64,000 nucleotides of DNA from Stegostoma tigrinum (taxonomy: Eukaryota), in NCBI RefSeq assembly GCF_030684315.1, contig NC_081391.1:20730629-20794628 (forward strand), read 5' to 3'. The position numbers and the translations under genes are program-made. This document shows, piece by piece, positions 14,130 to 29,796 of this stretch. The notes under the pieces were generated by a model that saw only the letters and a program-made list of their open reading frames with translations, was not told the origin of the DNA and ran no database searches. Each line of letters opens with the position of its first letter. Positions within the stretch are counted from its first letter, which is position 1.

Positions 14130-16900
14130 CTATAAGTGCTTTTAAAGTGGTGGATTCTCAACACCTCCCAAACTAGCTGGTTGTTTGTAAATGGATATGT
14201 AGTACCCACTCCTCTAGATCTGAAACCTCTGGGTTCTGGTTCCAATGTCTCCACAATATGTTGCTCAGAAAATATCTACAGTGGTATAGGAATGAAGTAA
14301 TTAAAAAATGTTACCTCGAGGGAAGCAACTTTTCCATGATCAGTGCAAATTGACCCCTTTAACTACAACTGCTTCTCTGATATCCCAGGTGTTTCCATCT
14401 GGTTTCATTCTCAAAAGGCTTCAGCCCAGGATTAGGTGATGAGAAGTGTCTCCTTGGATGAAACTCTGGCTCAGATGGGCCAGATGTTTGGGGGGGAGGC
14501 CTGTGATTGACTTTGGGAACCAGCAATTACCTTTCATGCACAATCCTTTTGGGACAGACCCCACCAATGGGCACAGTTGACCTCCCCAACAGAAGATGTA
14601 TTTGGAGCTTGGCACATGTCCTGGTCAAAGTGGAGATGCAGTGTGTGTCCAGTGATACAAAGGACTTTGTCCAAACATCAGCAGTTCTTCTGACGCATAA
14701 AGTAAGACTGATTCTTAATTGAAATAACTGGAGCTCGAACAAAATGTCAATGGTGTTCCAAGCCAAATTTTACTTTCCATTTTTGTGGTCTTTAGCTGGT
14801 ATTGTATCATGATTTTCTATATTTTTGTTGACCTTCCCCCTCTTTTAGTTAGTTGTATGTCACTGCCCTTTTAAGGAGAGCAGCCCTTTGGGCATCCAGG
14901 CCCAAAGAGGGGTAAACATATCATAACGGCTCCTGTTCTTGTTCCCCTCCTTACAACGGGCCTTGGAATGTAGAATGACGCTCAGTAGCAGCCGTGTGTA
15001 CCTTCCAGAGGATGCGCTGCAGGAATTCACCAAAGTGTTTCGATAGCACCTTCCAAACGCACACCCACTAGGACAGCCAACAGATATGCGTGGAACGTCA
15101 ACCCTGGCAAATTCCCCGACAAGTCACTCACCATTCTGACTGGAAATATAGTACCGTTCCTTCAGTGTCGCCGAGTGAAAATCCTGCAATCCCCTCCCGA
15201 ACAGCATTGTGCGTCAACCTACAGAACATCAACTACAACGGATCAAGAATGCAGATCACCACCTTCTGAAGGGCAACTAGGGGTAGCTAATAAATACTGT
15301 CTCAGTCAGCAACATCAACGTCCCACGAGAGATTAAAAATTGTGAAAACCTCTCAGACCCATTACCCCTCAGGTATGGCTGACGATGTACAACCCTGCGC
15401 TCAGTTTGGTCTTTCCAGTGAGAACGATGGGTTCACAAACCGGCTTGGCTGATCTGGACTCTCCTCCTGGCTGCAGACACCTCCTAGACTGTGATCACTC
15501 TAATTCGGCCCAAACACTAACAATCCCCAAAATCCCCAACAGCACGGCTCCATCCTCGGTTGAATACAGGCTTGAGTCAGGCTGACCAATCCTTTCCCAC
15601 TTTCCATCTGCAATGCCAGTTCTTTCTCTTATGATGATCTTCACAGAAATGATATCAGCACATTTACTGAGGCCATTCTGCTGAATGGTCAGTGCTTAGC
15701 AGTCTCTTTGATCTGGACAGACCAGCTCAATGATGTTATTTTATCACCATCCAGCGCTATGAATGGCATTTGTCTGGCATCGCATGGTTCTTCAATGACC
15801 TACTCCTTTCCTTAGTTAGATGCCATGATGCTGGTTATCCTGTGCCACTGTATTGTTGTGATCATATCCCAACTTCCAGCCCTTTTACCATCATCAGTTC
15901 TGATCTGATGTTGGAATGTTTGAGATTTACTGCTCAAATGTAGCATTCCTCTCCATGTTTTGTGTTGAGTCTTGGCTTTTATTCACACTATTCATATCCA
16001 TAAGATTTATTATTTAATTGCACTTTATTCCATAAACCCAGATGGAAGGGACTTCGGTCTCACAACAGAATGTTTCTTTAACGATTTCACAGTTTGGAAG
16101 TAGAAAATGATAGAAATGGCTGACATCTGGACACAGGTAAATCCTTTTTAAATGGGAAAAAAAAGCACATGTTTTGGCGCTTTTAATGCATATTTTCTTC
16201 AAGGAATCCTTTGGGTTGTCTTTTCAGCACCAGTTAAAATTCCATTTCTTGAAATTTAGATTAGCAGCCTCTCACTGTACTTCAGTTTGTGTATCTACAC
16301 AGATTTGCAGGCTAACGGCACTCTCTGCGATTTACCCTATAAACACATTTAGTCTGCTTTCTATATCTATTCCACACAACTGACTGACAAACGTGCGTGT
16401 GATTGACAGCAAAGCAGATATTTTTATACTGGAAAGTCATACATTGTGATATTGTGCAGCTGTCTTACAAGTACAGGACTGCCTGAAAACTCTGCTGTAT
16501 TATAACAGGAACACATGATAGATTTTTTATCCCCCCCAAGGGTAAAATTATTTAACTTCAGTAGCAACACCTGTTAGGATCAGGAATGGTGATAATTAAA
16601 CTCCAAGTGTGAAATGTCTTTTATGATTATTGATTCAATAGCAAATGTGAAAAAGGTGCCTGAAAATTTCTTTCAGATATGCAAGGCATTAACAGCGGAT
16701 AAACAGATTTTGTTCACTTTTGCATTTTCTATCAAATTCCTGAAAACACTGGATAATTACAGCTGCACCATTAACATTTATATCCATTCATGGGGTGGGG
16801 GGGGGGAAAGAGGGGGCAAGGAAGATGCATTCAACAAATGGAAATAGTTTAAGATGTGAAAAAGTCAGTCAACAAATTGGTTTGAATTTTTAAAAAAACC
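14130..16900. repeat. Intergenic segmental duplicate A (paralogous to ~20680-24250)
   Basis: Collinear matches; 14697-14975 is near-identical to 21183-21461; 15330-16550 aligns with 22645-23900. Confidence 0.8.
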
Positions 16901-18158
16901 ACTGTATAATTCAGTAACATACAAACTGATAGGAGCAATCGCTACTGTTTTAAAGTTAGAGAACCATTTTGGCCCAGAGACAGAATGGTAGAAGCGGAAC
17001 TTGATGCCAGCCTTTGAGCTATGTTGTAGAAAAATTCACCCAAGTCCCAGTGGATTGAGGCACAGTTTCCCAGGGATACATCACCCTGACGTGTTAGGAC
17101 TGGGCTCTAAATCAGGAATTAGCAACAAATTTAGAGCACAATGTCTTTGTGGCAGGTGGTGACAGCAAAAACTCCATTTCCCAAACTAGGCTTAAAAATA
17201 AAATCAGCTTTGCTCAAAGTGGGTAACTGCATACTGACCCTGGAAAAAGCATGGCAATCGCTGAAGTGTTGCAGCCTCAGAATTTGACGATGTTCTACGA
17301 TAGCCATTGAGCACACTGTGATCCTGCTACTCACTGAGCCACTGTTGGAGCCCTTAGCACCTGCAAAGGTGTTTCTGTTCGAGAAAAGGGTGGGGTTTTT
17401 ACACAGAATTGAAAACAGACCTATCAGGGATAACCCCATTACTCTTGAATTCTGCTGACTGACTGCCAGACCTGGTAAATAAAAAGTCAATTTAAGAGAT
17501 TTTGGTCAGTCTTCTTGTAAGCATGATTGTCAATGTACAGTCAATAGGGCTCTGTGAGGCTTCACTGATTTGGAAGTAACTTTGAATAGAATTTGGTATA
17601 TGACCCTGAAACCAAAGTCACTGCCACTGCTGTTATCATTGCACCAAATGATGCTGAGTGTTGCGCACAGCAGAAACTCACTGAGGCTCCCTGCCTAGGA
17701 CCATCCAAACCTCTGACCACTTCCACTGAAGAGAAGTCAGTAACAGGAATACCACCACCAAGTTCTGGTTCAAGCCACTTATCTGGGTGGAAATACACTG
17801 GGCCAAAGTATGCCAATTCCTTTGAGAGGAAGGGGAAAGTCTCTGGACCATGGCCCTGGGGTTCAAGGCAGAAGCTCACCACAAAGATGACTTGTTCTAG
17901 GCAATTGTCTGGGCCAGACAGTGAAACCCACAGCCTAGTAGGGAGAGAGTGTTCTCATCAGCAAGAGCAGAGCCAAACAGGATCAAGCTACAGCTCACAG
18001 CAAGGATTAACCAAGAAAGGGAGGCAAGACATGGTCCCATGTGATCAGTTTATTTACACTTGGTGCAGGACAATGAGCTGCTTCTACAAAACGAGAAGTC
18101 TCTACAGGTCTCCTGTTCAGACAGGTGTCAACAAACCTGCTCCCTGCAGTCAGTTCAG

Positions 18159-20408
18159 TCACTCTTCCCCCAGAGTGAGCCTGTTAAACAGGTACTCTCC
18201 CACGCCATTGTCAGGGGCTCCCAGTCTCTTCAGGTTGGTGATGTGATCTCCCAGCTTCTTGATCATCTTCACTTGCTCATCCAAGTAGTGCCTCTCCAGG
18301 AAGTCACACAGCTGCAAAGGCAATAGAAGGGAATTAAGTTGAGACAGTAAAAGAAAGCCACAGTTTGCCGCAACAGGGAAAGTTTTAATCTTCCTCCAAC
18401 TGGAAGAAGGGCAGAATGTTGCTCCAAGTGTCCCTGCCAGAGAATTGCTACTCATGGCCTGAATATACCAGCACTGGCATATTACTTGCTGGAATTCAGT
18501 TGCCAGAGCAACAGATATAAACAAGACTTTTACTCCAAAAGGAAAAGAGCAGAGGCAAACCATCAAATAAGCTCAAGGTGCCACCATACAACTTCACCAA
18601 AAGCCCATATCAGTAACTCACATGAGGGTCTGTGTGGCCAGAGGCAAGTTTGTGCAGATCCAGCAGACTCTGGTTCACATCCTTCTCCATCCGCAGAGCT
18701 CTCTGCATTGCCACCAGACCATTACCCCACTCATCCTGCTCTGGCTTCTGGAGGGAGGGAAGAGAAATGTTTCAGAGATTGGACAAGAGTGTAAGAAAAA
18801 CAGGCTTTTTTTTACACAAGGATGAACTAATGTGCCAAAAATGGTTAATGCATTGGTTCAATGGGCCAACATCATTTAAGTCAAACATTTAGTTTGAGTC
18901 AAGCTGGTTGGGGTACAAATTAAACCCAACCTTGATGTCCTGCAGGAGGACTCGGCCTCCACGTTTATTCTGGAATGCCAACAGTTTCTCAGCGTGTTCC
19001 CGTTCCTCATGAGACTGCTCCTCGAAGAAGTCAGCAAAGTGACGCAGGGCAACATCATCCTGGTCAAAGTAAGAACTGTGGGAGAAAGAGCAACATTCAA
19101 TTTCAAATCACAGTTTACAATTTCAGGAGATTCACTTTTGATAAAGCTGATGTTACTGTCAAACCCTAAGGGAGCTCACTGGTTTCATGAGCATAAAAGA
19201 GCACCAACTCAAATTATGCCAGTCAATTCCATTGCCATTCAATATAATATTTGTGGCATACCATAAATTTCCTAGGGCTTGGTTTGGAGTACATTCTCAG
19301 GGTTTAAACTATGCACTCCTAGCTATTTAGGACACAGAATACTCAGCACCATTTCTCGGAACAGACAGGCTCCCAACAACATCCAGGAAAACACCCAGCC
19401 TTCAGGTAACAGGTGGTTATCTGAGTCCTTGCCTAATGGAGAATTAATGCGTTGCAAACACCCTTAAACCCAGAAGGGTCAATTCTTCACAGGGTGGCGG
19501 TGGGGTGGGAGGGGGGGGGGGGCGCAAAGAGACACACAGAGACACACCAACAGTAGCACGTACCATCAATGAAGGTGACCATCCTTACTCACACCATAAC
19601 CTGGAAGAATGTTCTCATTTGAACTGACAAGCAGCAGTTCAGCAATAGCTCGCAACCTCCTTCATAGGAGTGTTACCAAGCACCTCTGGGACAGCTGTTT
19701 ATAACTAGACTGTCAGATGTTGATACCACCATGCACCAGGAGGACTGAGCAGCAAGTTGCAAATCCTACACCAGCTTCGGGAAGGGTGGGACATTAAACA
19801 GGACCTTCCTCTTCTAGAAAAGGAAGGGGCACTACCACTACACCACGAGTCAACCTCCACAGCTGCTTTTGAGCTATTGTCTCATCAGCCCATTTAGAGA
19901 TGGTACATCCAACTCAAGCAAGTGGGACAAACCTTCACCTTCTCAGGAGATAGAAGCCAGCTTTTTGTGTAACACAAGCTAAGAGCCTTCAGCCCATTAG
20001 CAAGTTAGGCTAGTTGTTTAAAACTAGTTATGTACTACCATTAAGTCACCAGGCAGTTACTTTCCTATTTCCCAATCAGCTTGTAGGGCTCACTTCAGGA
20101 ACAGGAACAGCTCAAGCCATGTCAAACATCAATTGTTATCAACTGTTACAACACATTCCATTCACTCCACAAGTGGAGCCACAAATGGAATTAACAAATT
20201 TCCCACACAGGGTCTACCTTCTACCAGTAAGGCAAAAAAAACACAATTTAATTTAGGCCAACTCAAAAGCTAACAAAAAATCCAACTTTTTCGGAACAAG
20301 TCTCACCATGGAGAGGTAAACATAGGAGGAATAGAGCTCCAGGTTGATCTGCTTGTTAATAGCATCCTCACAGTCCTTGTGGTAGATCTGACACACTTGG
20401 GAAGCCAT
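18159..20408 (-). pseudogene. Ferritin copy 3, probable pseudogene
   Basis: Exons 20408-20307, 19075-18931 (145 bp instead of 147; a 2-bp deletion gives TTC TTA CTT TGA), 18747-18622, 18311-18159; also N8I, E95V, Q102R, D168N. Confidence 0.82.
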
Positions 20409-20444
20409 CTTCACTACTCCTGCTCACTACCACTAGGCCAACTC

Positions 20445-20640
20445 TAGAACTGTATCACACCCCCAAGCTCTTGTATTTATACTCCTGGGAATATCCGGCA
20501 CTGAAACAAGGACCAAGGTCACCAATGATGATTGATAGCCCCTGATAGCCAATCAGGAATCTTCTATCAATGCAGGCATCAATGAAAAAAAGAGAGGGCA
20601 CTGTGGGGATAGGGCTGAGACCCAGGGCCAATCAGAGATT
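20445..20640 (-). promoter_or_regulatory. Proximal promoter of ferritin copy 3
   Basis: TATAAATA 20481-20474, CTGGGAA, CCAAT boxes. Confidence 0.65.
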
Positions 20641-20679
20641 TGGTATACAGAGAGGTTTGGGAAAGAGTCTTGATTGTGC

Positions 20680-23600
20680 AAGTGCTTTTGGAGTAATAGG
20701 TCCTCAACAGATCCCAAACTAGTGGGTTACTTATAGTGTCCATACCCTTAATTCTGAAGGACAGCACGTTCAGATCCCCCTGGCTGCTCAGAAAACATCT
20801 ACAATTAGATAGGAACAAAGTAATTTAAAAAATGTTACCTCTGGGTAATCATCTAATGAAATTTTGGTTCTTTTGTATCAACTGTTCTCTGATACACCAA
20901 GTGTTTCCATCTGCTTTCATTCTCAAAGTGTTTCAGTCTTGAATTAGGTGATGAGATGTGTTAGTTCGTCGTATGTCACTGCCCTTTTAAGACTGGCAGC
21001 CTTGTAGGTGCAGGGTCTTTTTTACCGTAGAGGGTATCCAGGCCCAGAAAGGGGTAAATATATCATAACAGCTCCTGTTCTTGTTTCCCCCCCCTTACAA
21101 TGGTCCTTGGAATGTCGAATTTCACAAAGAACACTGTCACACAGACAGAGCATTTGGTTCAACCACAAACTTGTTTGTTAGAATAAAGTAAGACTGATTC
21201 TTAATTAAAGTAACTGGAGCTCTAACAAAATATCAATGGTATGCCAAGCTAAATTTTACTTTCCATTTTTGTGGTCTTTAGCTGGTATTGTATCATGATT
21301 TTCTATATTTTTGTTTACCCATTCCCTCTTTTAGTTAGTTGTATGTCACTGCCCTTTTAAGGAGAGCAGCCCTTTGGGCATCCAGGCCCAGAAAGGGGTA
21401 AACATATCCTAACGGCTTCTGTTCTTGGTCCCCTCCTTACAGCGGGCCTTGGAATGTAGAATTTCATAAAGAACACTATCACACAGACACAGCGTTTGGA
21501 CCAACCACAAATTTGCTTGATAGAATAAGCCTCCTGGTGCCCTGACACAACGCCTCTCAGCTGGTCTAAATGATACAACACCTGTCCAATTTAAATCTCA
21601 CCCTGATTTAACACTGACACTCACCCAAAACCGGCACCAGGCAGCATGATGTATTTAAATAAAACCAAAATTCCACTTGCAAAACCTTATGTTTCTGTCT
21701 GAATCAAACTCAATTCAAACACAAAATGCCTGGTTTTAGTCATTACTCTTAAACTACTTTCCGTTTGTCTCCGTCATAAGGTCAGAAGCGAGGCTGCTTG
21801 CCGGTGATTGCATAACGTTCAGCACCGTTCACCACTCCTCAGATACTGCAACATTTCACATGTAAATGCAACAAGAGCTGGACCATATCCAGTCTTGGGT
21901 TGAGAAGTGGCGAGGAAAGTTTACACCACACAAATGCCAGGCAATGACCATCAGTAATAAAATCTAACCACTGTGCCTTGACATTCAATGTCCATACAGT
22001 CACTGAATACCCTGCTGTCGACATCCTGGGAGTTATCATTGACCAGAAACTTGGCTGGACTCACCACTTAAACACAATGTTTAGCAGAGCAGGTCAGAGG
22101 CTAGGAATGCTGTGGTGAGTAACCCACCTCCTGAGTCCCCAAAGCCTGTCACCATCTACAAGTCAGGGGTGTGATGGAATACACCCCACTCGCCTGGATG
22201 TGTGCAGCCCCAACAACACTCAAGAAGCTTGGTGTTATCCAGGGCAAAGCAGCCCATTTGATTAGTGCCACTCCACAAATATCCAATCCTTCCACCAATA
22301 ACACTCAACAGCAGCAGTGCGTACTCTCAAGAAGATGCACTGCAAAAGTTTACCAAAGATCCTTTGGAACCCATGGCAACTTAGATTTGGAAGGACGAGG
22401 GCAGCAAGTCCATGGGAACGCCACCAGCTGCCACCAGCTGCCAGTTCCCCTCCAAGCCACTCATTACCCTGACTTGGAAATACCTCACCATTCCTTCAGT
22501 GTCTCTCGTCAAACGCCTGGAGTTTCCTCCCTAATGGCATTATGGGTCTACCTACAGCACATGGGTGGCAGGTCACCCCTAGCTTCTCAACTGCAAAAAG
22601 GGAGTGGCAAAAAATATCAGCTAGTCACACTAATGTCCCCCAAGATAATAAAAAATCTCGTAAAAAGTTCTCAGCCCTCATACCCCTCAGATTCGGCTGA
22701 TGACATACAACCCCGCACTCAGTTTCCAGTGAGAACGATGAGTCCACGAACCAGCTTTACTGATTTGGACCCTTCATCTGCTGCAGACACCTCCCAGACT
22801 GTGATCACTCCAATTCAGCTGGAACACTGACAATCCCCAAAATCCCCAGCACCACGGCTCCATCCTCTGTTGAATGCAGGCTTCAGTCAGGCCGACCAAT
22901 GCTGTCCCATCTTCCATCTGCAGTGCCAGTTTTTTCTCTTGTGATGATCTTCACGGGAATAACATCAGCACAGTTACTGAGGCCATTCTGCTGAATGGTC
23001 AATGCTGAGCAGCCTCTTTGATCCAGACAGAACAACACAATGCTGTTATTTCCCACTATCCAGTGCTACGAATGGCATTGTCTCGCACCACTTGGTCCTT
23101 CAATGGCCTCTTCCACGCTTCAAATATCATGATAGTCGTTATTCTGTGTCATTGTTATCATCATATCCCAACTTCCAGCCTTTTTAATATCATCAGTTGT
23201 ATCCTGACATTGGAATGTCTGAAATTAACCCCTCAAATAGCACATATTTCAGTGTTTTATGTTAAGGCTTGGCTTTTATTCACAGCATACACATCCACAA
23301 GGTTTGGTATTTCATCTGACCGTATTGCATTAAGCGCAGTCAGAGGGGATTCCGATCTCACAGCAGCATGAGGGTATTGTTTTAAAATTATCCCATCAAT
23401 TTGGAAATAGGTAATGATAAATGGCTGACATTTAGACACAGGTAATTTTTTTTTCAAATTAGAAACCAAATTTTTTAATGTTTTTAAGATATATTTTCTT
23501 CAAGGAGTTCTTTGAACTGTCCTTTCAGGACCATTTAAAATTCTATTTCTTGGAATGTAGATAGGCAGCCTCTCATATGGACTCTCACTGTACTTCAGTT

Positions 23601-24250
23601 TGTGTATCTACACTGGTTTGCAGGCTAACAGCATTCTCTGTGTCAATGTTTGTGGGATGCTCCCATGATTCAATTTGTAGTTTACACAATGAACACATTT
23701 AGTCTGGTTTGTGTGCCTTAATGTAACTGTCTATTTCACACAACAGACTGACTAAACGGCCTGAGAGAGAAAACATGAGAGCGACAGCAGGATAGTCACA
23801 CGATATCATGCAGCTTCTTACAAGTACAGGACTGTCTGGACACTGCTCCATAGCAACAGAAACAAACGATAGATGTTTACACAGGGATGATTTGAACTCA
23901 GTATCAGTACCTGCGAGAGTCAGGGATGGTGACAATTCAACGCCAGTTGAAGTGATGTAATTTAACGAATGCCGATTCAATAGCAAAAGTAAAAGGTAAC
24001 TGAAACCCTTTTTTTTGGGAGGGGTCAGGGGGGTGGAAGATGCAAAGGCATTAACATTGAACGAAGACTGAAATCTCATTAAACTTGTCGCATTCCTCAA
24101 AACTCTTAAGACACAGGACGCTTGCAGCAGAAACATTAACATTTGAAGCCCTCCAATTGCATTAATGGAACAAATAAAGATAAAGGATGTCGGAAGTTTC
24201 ATTGCCAATTCAATTAAAAAGACTACAACTGGGTAACTCACCCATACAAA
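20680..24250. repeat. Intergenic segmental duplicate B (paralogous to ~14130-16900), with internal duplication ~20960-21185 / 21330-21530
   Basis: Direct collinear sequence similarity. Confidence 0.8.
21780..22570 (+). mobile_element. L2-like LINE 3' fragment
   Basis: ORF 22171 begins MMEYTPLAWMCAAPTTLKKL; same family as 13585-14034. Confidence 0.7.
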
Positions 24251-25239
24251 TTGTTCGGTGAGCAGTTACCTCTCGTGAAACTGATTGAAAAAGCAGGTTT
24301 AAAAGTGGAGCCACCTATCCCAATCTTTCAGTTACACATTCCCTTATCCTGAGGGATTCCTGCCCTCAGCCACCTATAGACTAATCCTCCCTCCAATTGT
24401 GGAAGGAGGCCCGACTTGGAGAATGTTGCATTACGAACTGGGGAGGGAGAGGGGGGGAACAAAATATTGATTCCTCCTTAAATCAAGTGGCAGCAATCAT
24501 GGCTTGATTTTAAGCCAAAGTCAAAGTCAGTATCTTTGACATGAGGGAACCTCCCACGGTGCACTGTTGGAGACATCAATCTCTTGCCTAGTTCGTTGGT
24601 GGACTGTGGTGTAGGCTTTTTAAAAATGGTCAAGTGACAGACATGGACTAGGCTTGATCCTACAAGGAAACAGGCCAATGCTGGAGTTTAAAAAAAACAC
24701 CACTTCCCCAGTGACGCCGATAGCACTTTGCTTTTGGTTCGAACAGAGGGATGGGAGCAAGAGAATTTAAGTGTAGACATGGCTAAGGAACAGTGGTATT
24801 TGTCCTCCTCATGGGCACCCAAGCAGCTAAACCACACCCCACATGAAAACCAACATGGACTAGGGCAAAACAAAGTCTGAAATTTATGGGAAAACTGCTC
24901 TCAACAGTTGTGGCCATAGATTTTCCCACGAGCTAGACATCATGGAGTTTTGAAACAACCCAAGTCCATTTTCTCATAACAATCTCAGACTTGCAGGATG
25001 TGCTGCTAAGACAATCTATTTTCACAGAATTTTATAAGTGGGCCCTGAACTGTTGGATTGAGGAGCAATCTTACTCCATACTTGGAAGATTGATCAAGTT
25101 GTGCAATTAAACAAGTGAGGCAAAAATTAGTCCATGAACAGTTTAGTCATTTAATAAATTACAATGCAGCCAAGGGCTGTAATGTATTTGAAGCCACAGT
25201 CCCTGCAGATTGTGCACAAGCTCGCTCCCTGCAGTCAGT

Positions 25240-27975
<2,736 letters not shown>

Positions 27976-29796
27976 TGGGAATATAAAGATTTGGGAGATT
28001 AGTCTTGATGAGGTCACTGCTTTCAGATTAATAAATCTCAACAAGCTTGCACCCAGCTGGTTGGTTGCAGGTGGATTAAAAATGAAATGTTTTTTTAAAT
28101 ACTTTTGAAGAGCTTTTCTATAATCTGATCTGGTTATTTTGCTTCAAGTGACTATCACGGAGACACCATGTTTTGCCATCGAGTTTCATTACAGAAGAGT
28201 GTGGTCCCTTGGATTAGCTTTTGATTCAGATGCACTAGGCAGACTGACAGTGATTCACATCTGGAACTGCTGGTTATTTGACAGGCAAAAGCTTTTAAGG
28301 AGAGATACCACCAACAGACACAGTTGATCCACACAAACTGAAAATGCATTCAGATATCAACACCTGATCTAGTTGAAAAAAAATTTGAAGCTGTCGTAAA
28401 TGTTCAGTGGTCACAACAAGCTTTGACCAAACTGACAGATACACATGGTCACTCCATGGACCCTACAAACTTTGGTGAAGACCTGTGGCTGTACTGGCTC
28501 GAGGGCTAACTACTGATCGGAAGCAGCTCCTGTGGGAAGGGTCAATCAGCACATACTTGTGAGAGTGGATTATAAAATAAAATCAAAGTGGTAAGAAGCA
28601 TAAATTCTGAATGATGAATTTAGATACAATGGCAAAGATGAAATACAACTGCAGACTTAAAAAGAATGCAGGGACTTGAAATGTCATTTTGCTGATTGCA
28701 GTTCTCCAGAAGAACATAGAAAGGGCATAACTTATGCTATGAAAAGTAGATCCTTGGAGAGTGTTGTAGAACAAGATTGAGGGCTTAGGATACATAATGC
28801 TTAGAAGTTTGTGTCAGCCATAGCTGTTCATGCATGTAGCTTGCATGCCCTCATTGCTCAGTCCTTTCAGTGTAGGAGTTGGAACATCCCATTGAGGTTG
28901 TATATGAGATGGGAGAGGCCTCTCCTGGAGGAATGAGCCACCAAAGGTCAGAGGGGTGTAGATTAAGTGAGCAGCGTGTAGGTTAAGTGAGCGGCAGGTA
29001 CCCTCTCCATAGGTAGGGGAGAAAATTAAGACATGGTGGGGTGGGGCATTTTGTTATAATAAGATTAAGACAAGTTTGTTCATTCAAAAAAAAATCCATG
29101 TGCTGTCTGAACTGTCCCTGGAAGTGATGGACACAGGTACAAATGTTTAAAGAGATGTTTGGGTAATTTCCTGAGGCCTATGGGCCAAGCCCAGGGAAAG
29201 TGTGGTTATGGTCAGCATTGACATTGCCTATGCTGTGGCAAGTGTTGTCCTGGTAACAGGAGGCATATCCCAGATGTCTGTTGATGAGGATGAAATGGGC
29301 CATTTTAGGAGATAAGAACATTGGCAGTTGCCTAGTAAAATTCACAGATTTCCCCTGTCACTGAAATTGTTGAGGCTGTAATCACTACCCCTTGGAGGAA
29401 AGTTTTTACCAGGAAACTGAAAAAAAATGAAAGAAAGTCAAATGGGATGATCAGCTATCCTTTTGTTAAAATCTTAGAGGCCAAAGTGACACTTCCACCC
29501 ACCCCAGACTACAAAAAGATTTTACTATATCAAGGCAGCTCACAGAAAAGGCCTGTTTCAACTCATGCTCTTCCCTTGTACCTAGCCCCTCCCCAGAAGG
29601 GATTGAAACTAGGCCTTCACTTGTGACCCTGAGGCAGCAGATTGAGACCACTATGTTAATCAGAAAAAAAGTTTTAGCAGCAGTGTTGCATACTCCAAAT
29701 TGAAGGCCAGAATCCAGTCAACATTAAGCATTTTATTACAGTCATACTTGTCAAATCCTACAGATTATTTTGCCAATTGAGATTAAGGCAGTTCAG

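Noticed and set aside
17593-18246. 217-aa plus-strand ORF and recurring plus-strand ORFs such as [29 protein letters not shown]
   Set aside because: They recur only because they are antisense shadows of conserved ferritin exons; there is no conserved start, stop or domain.
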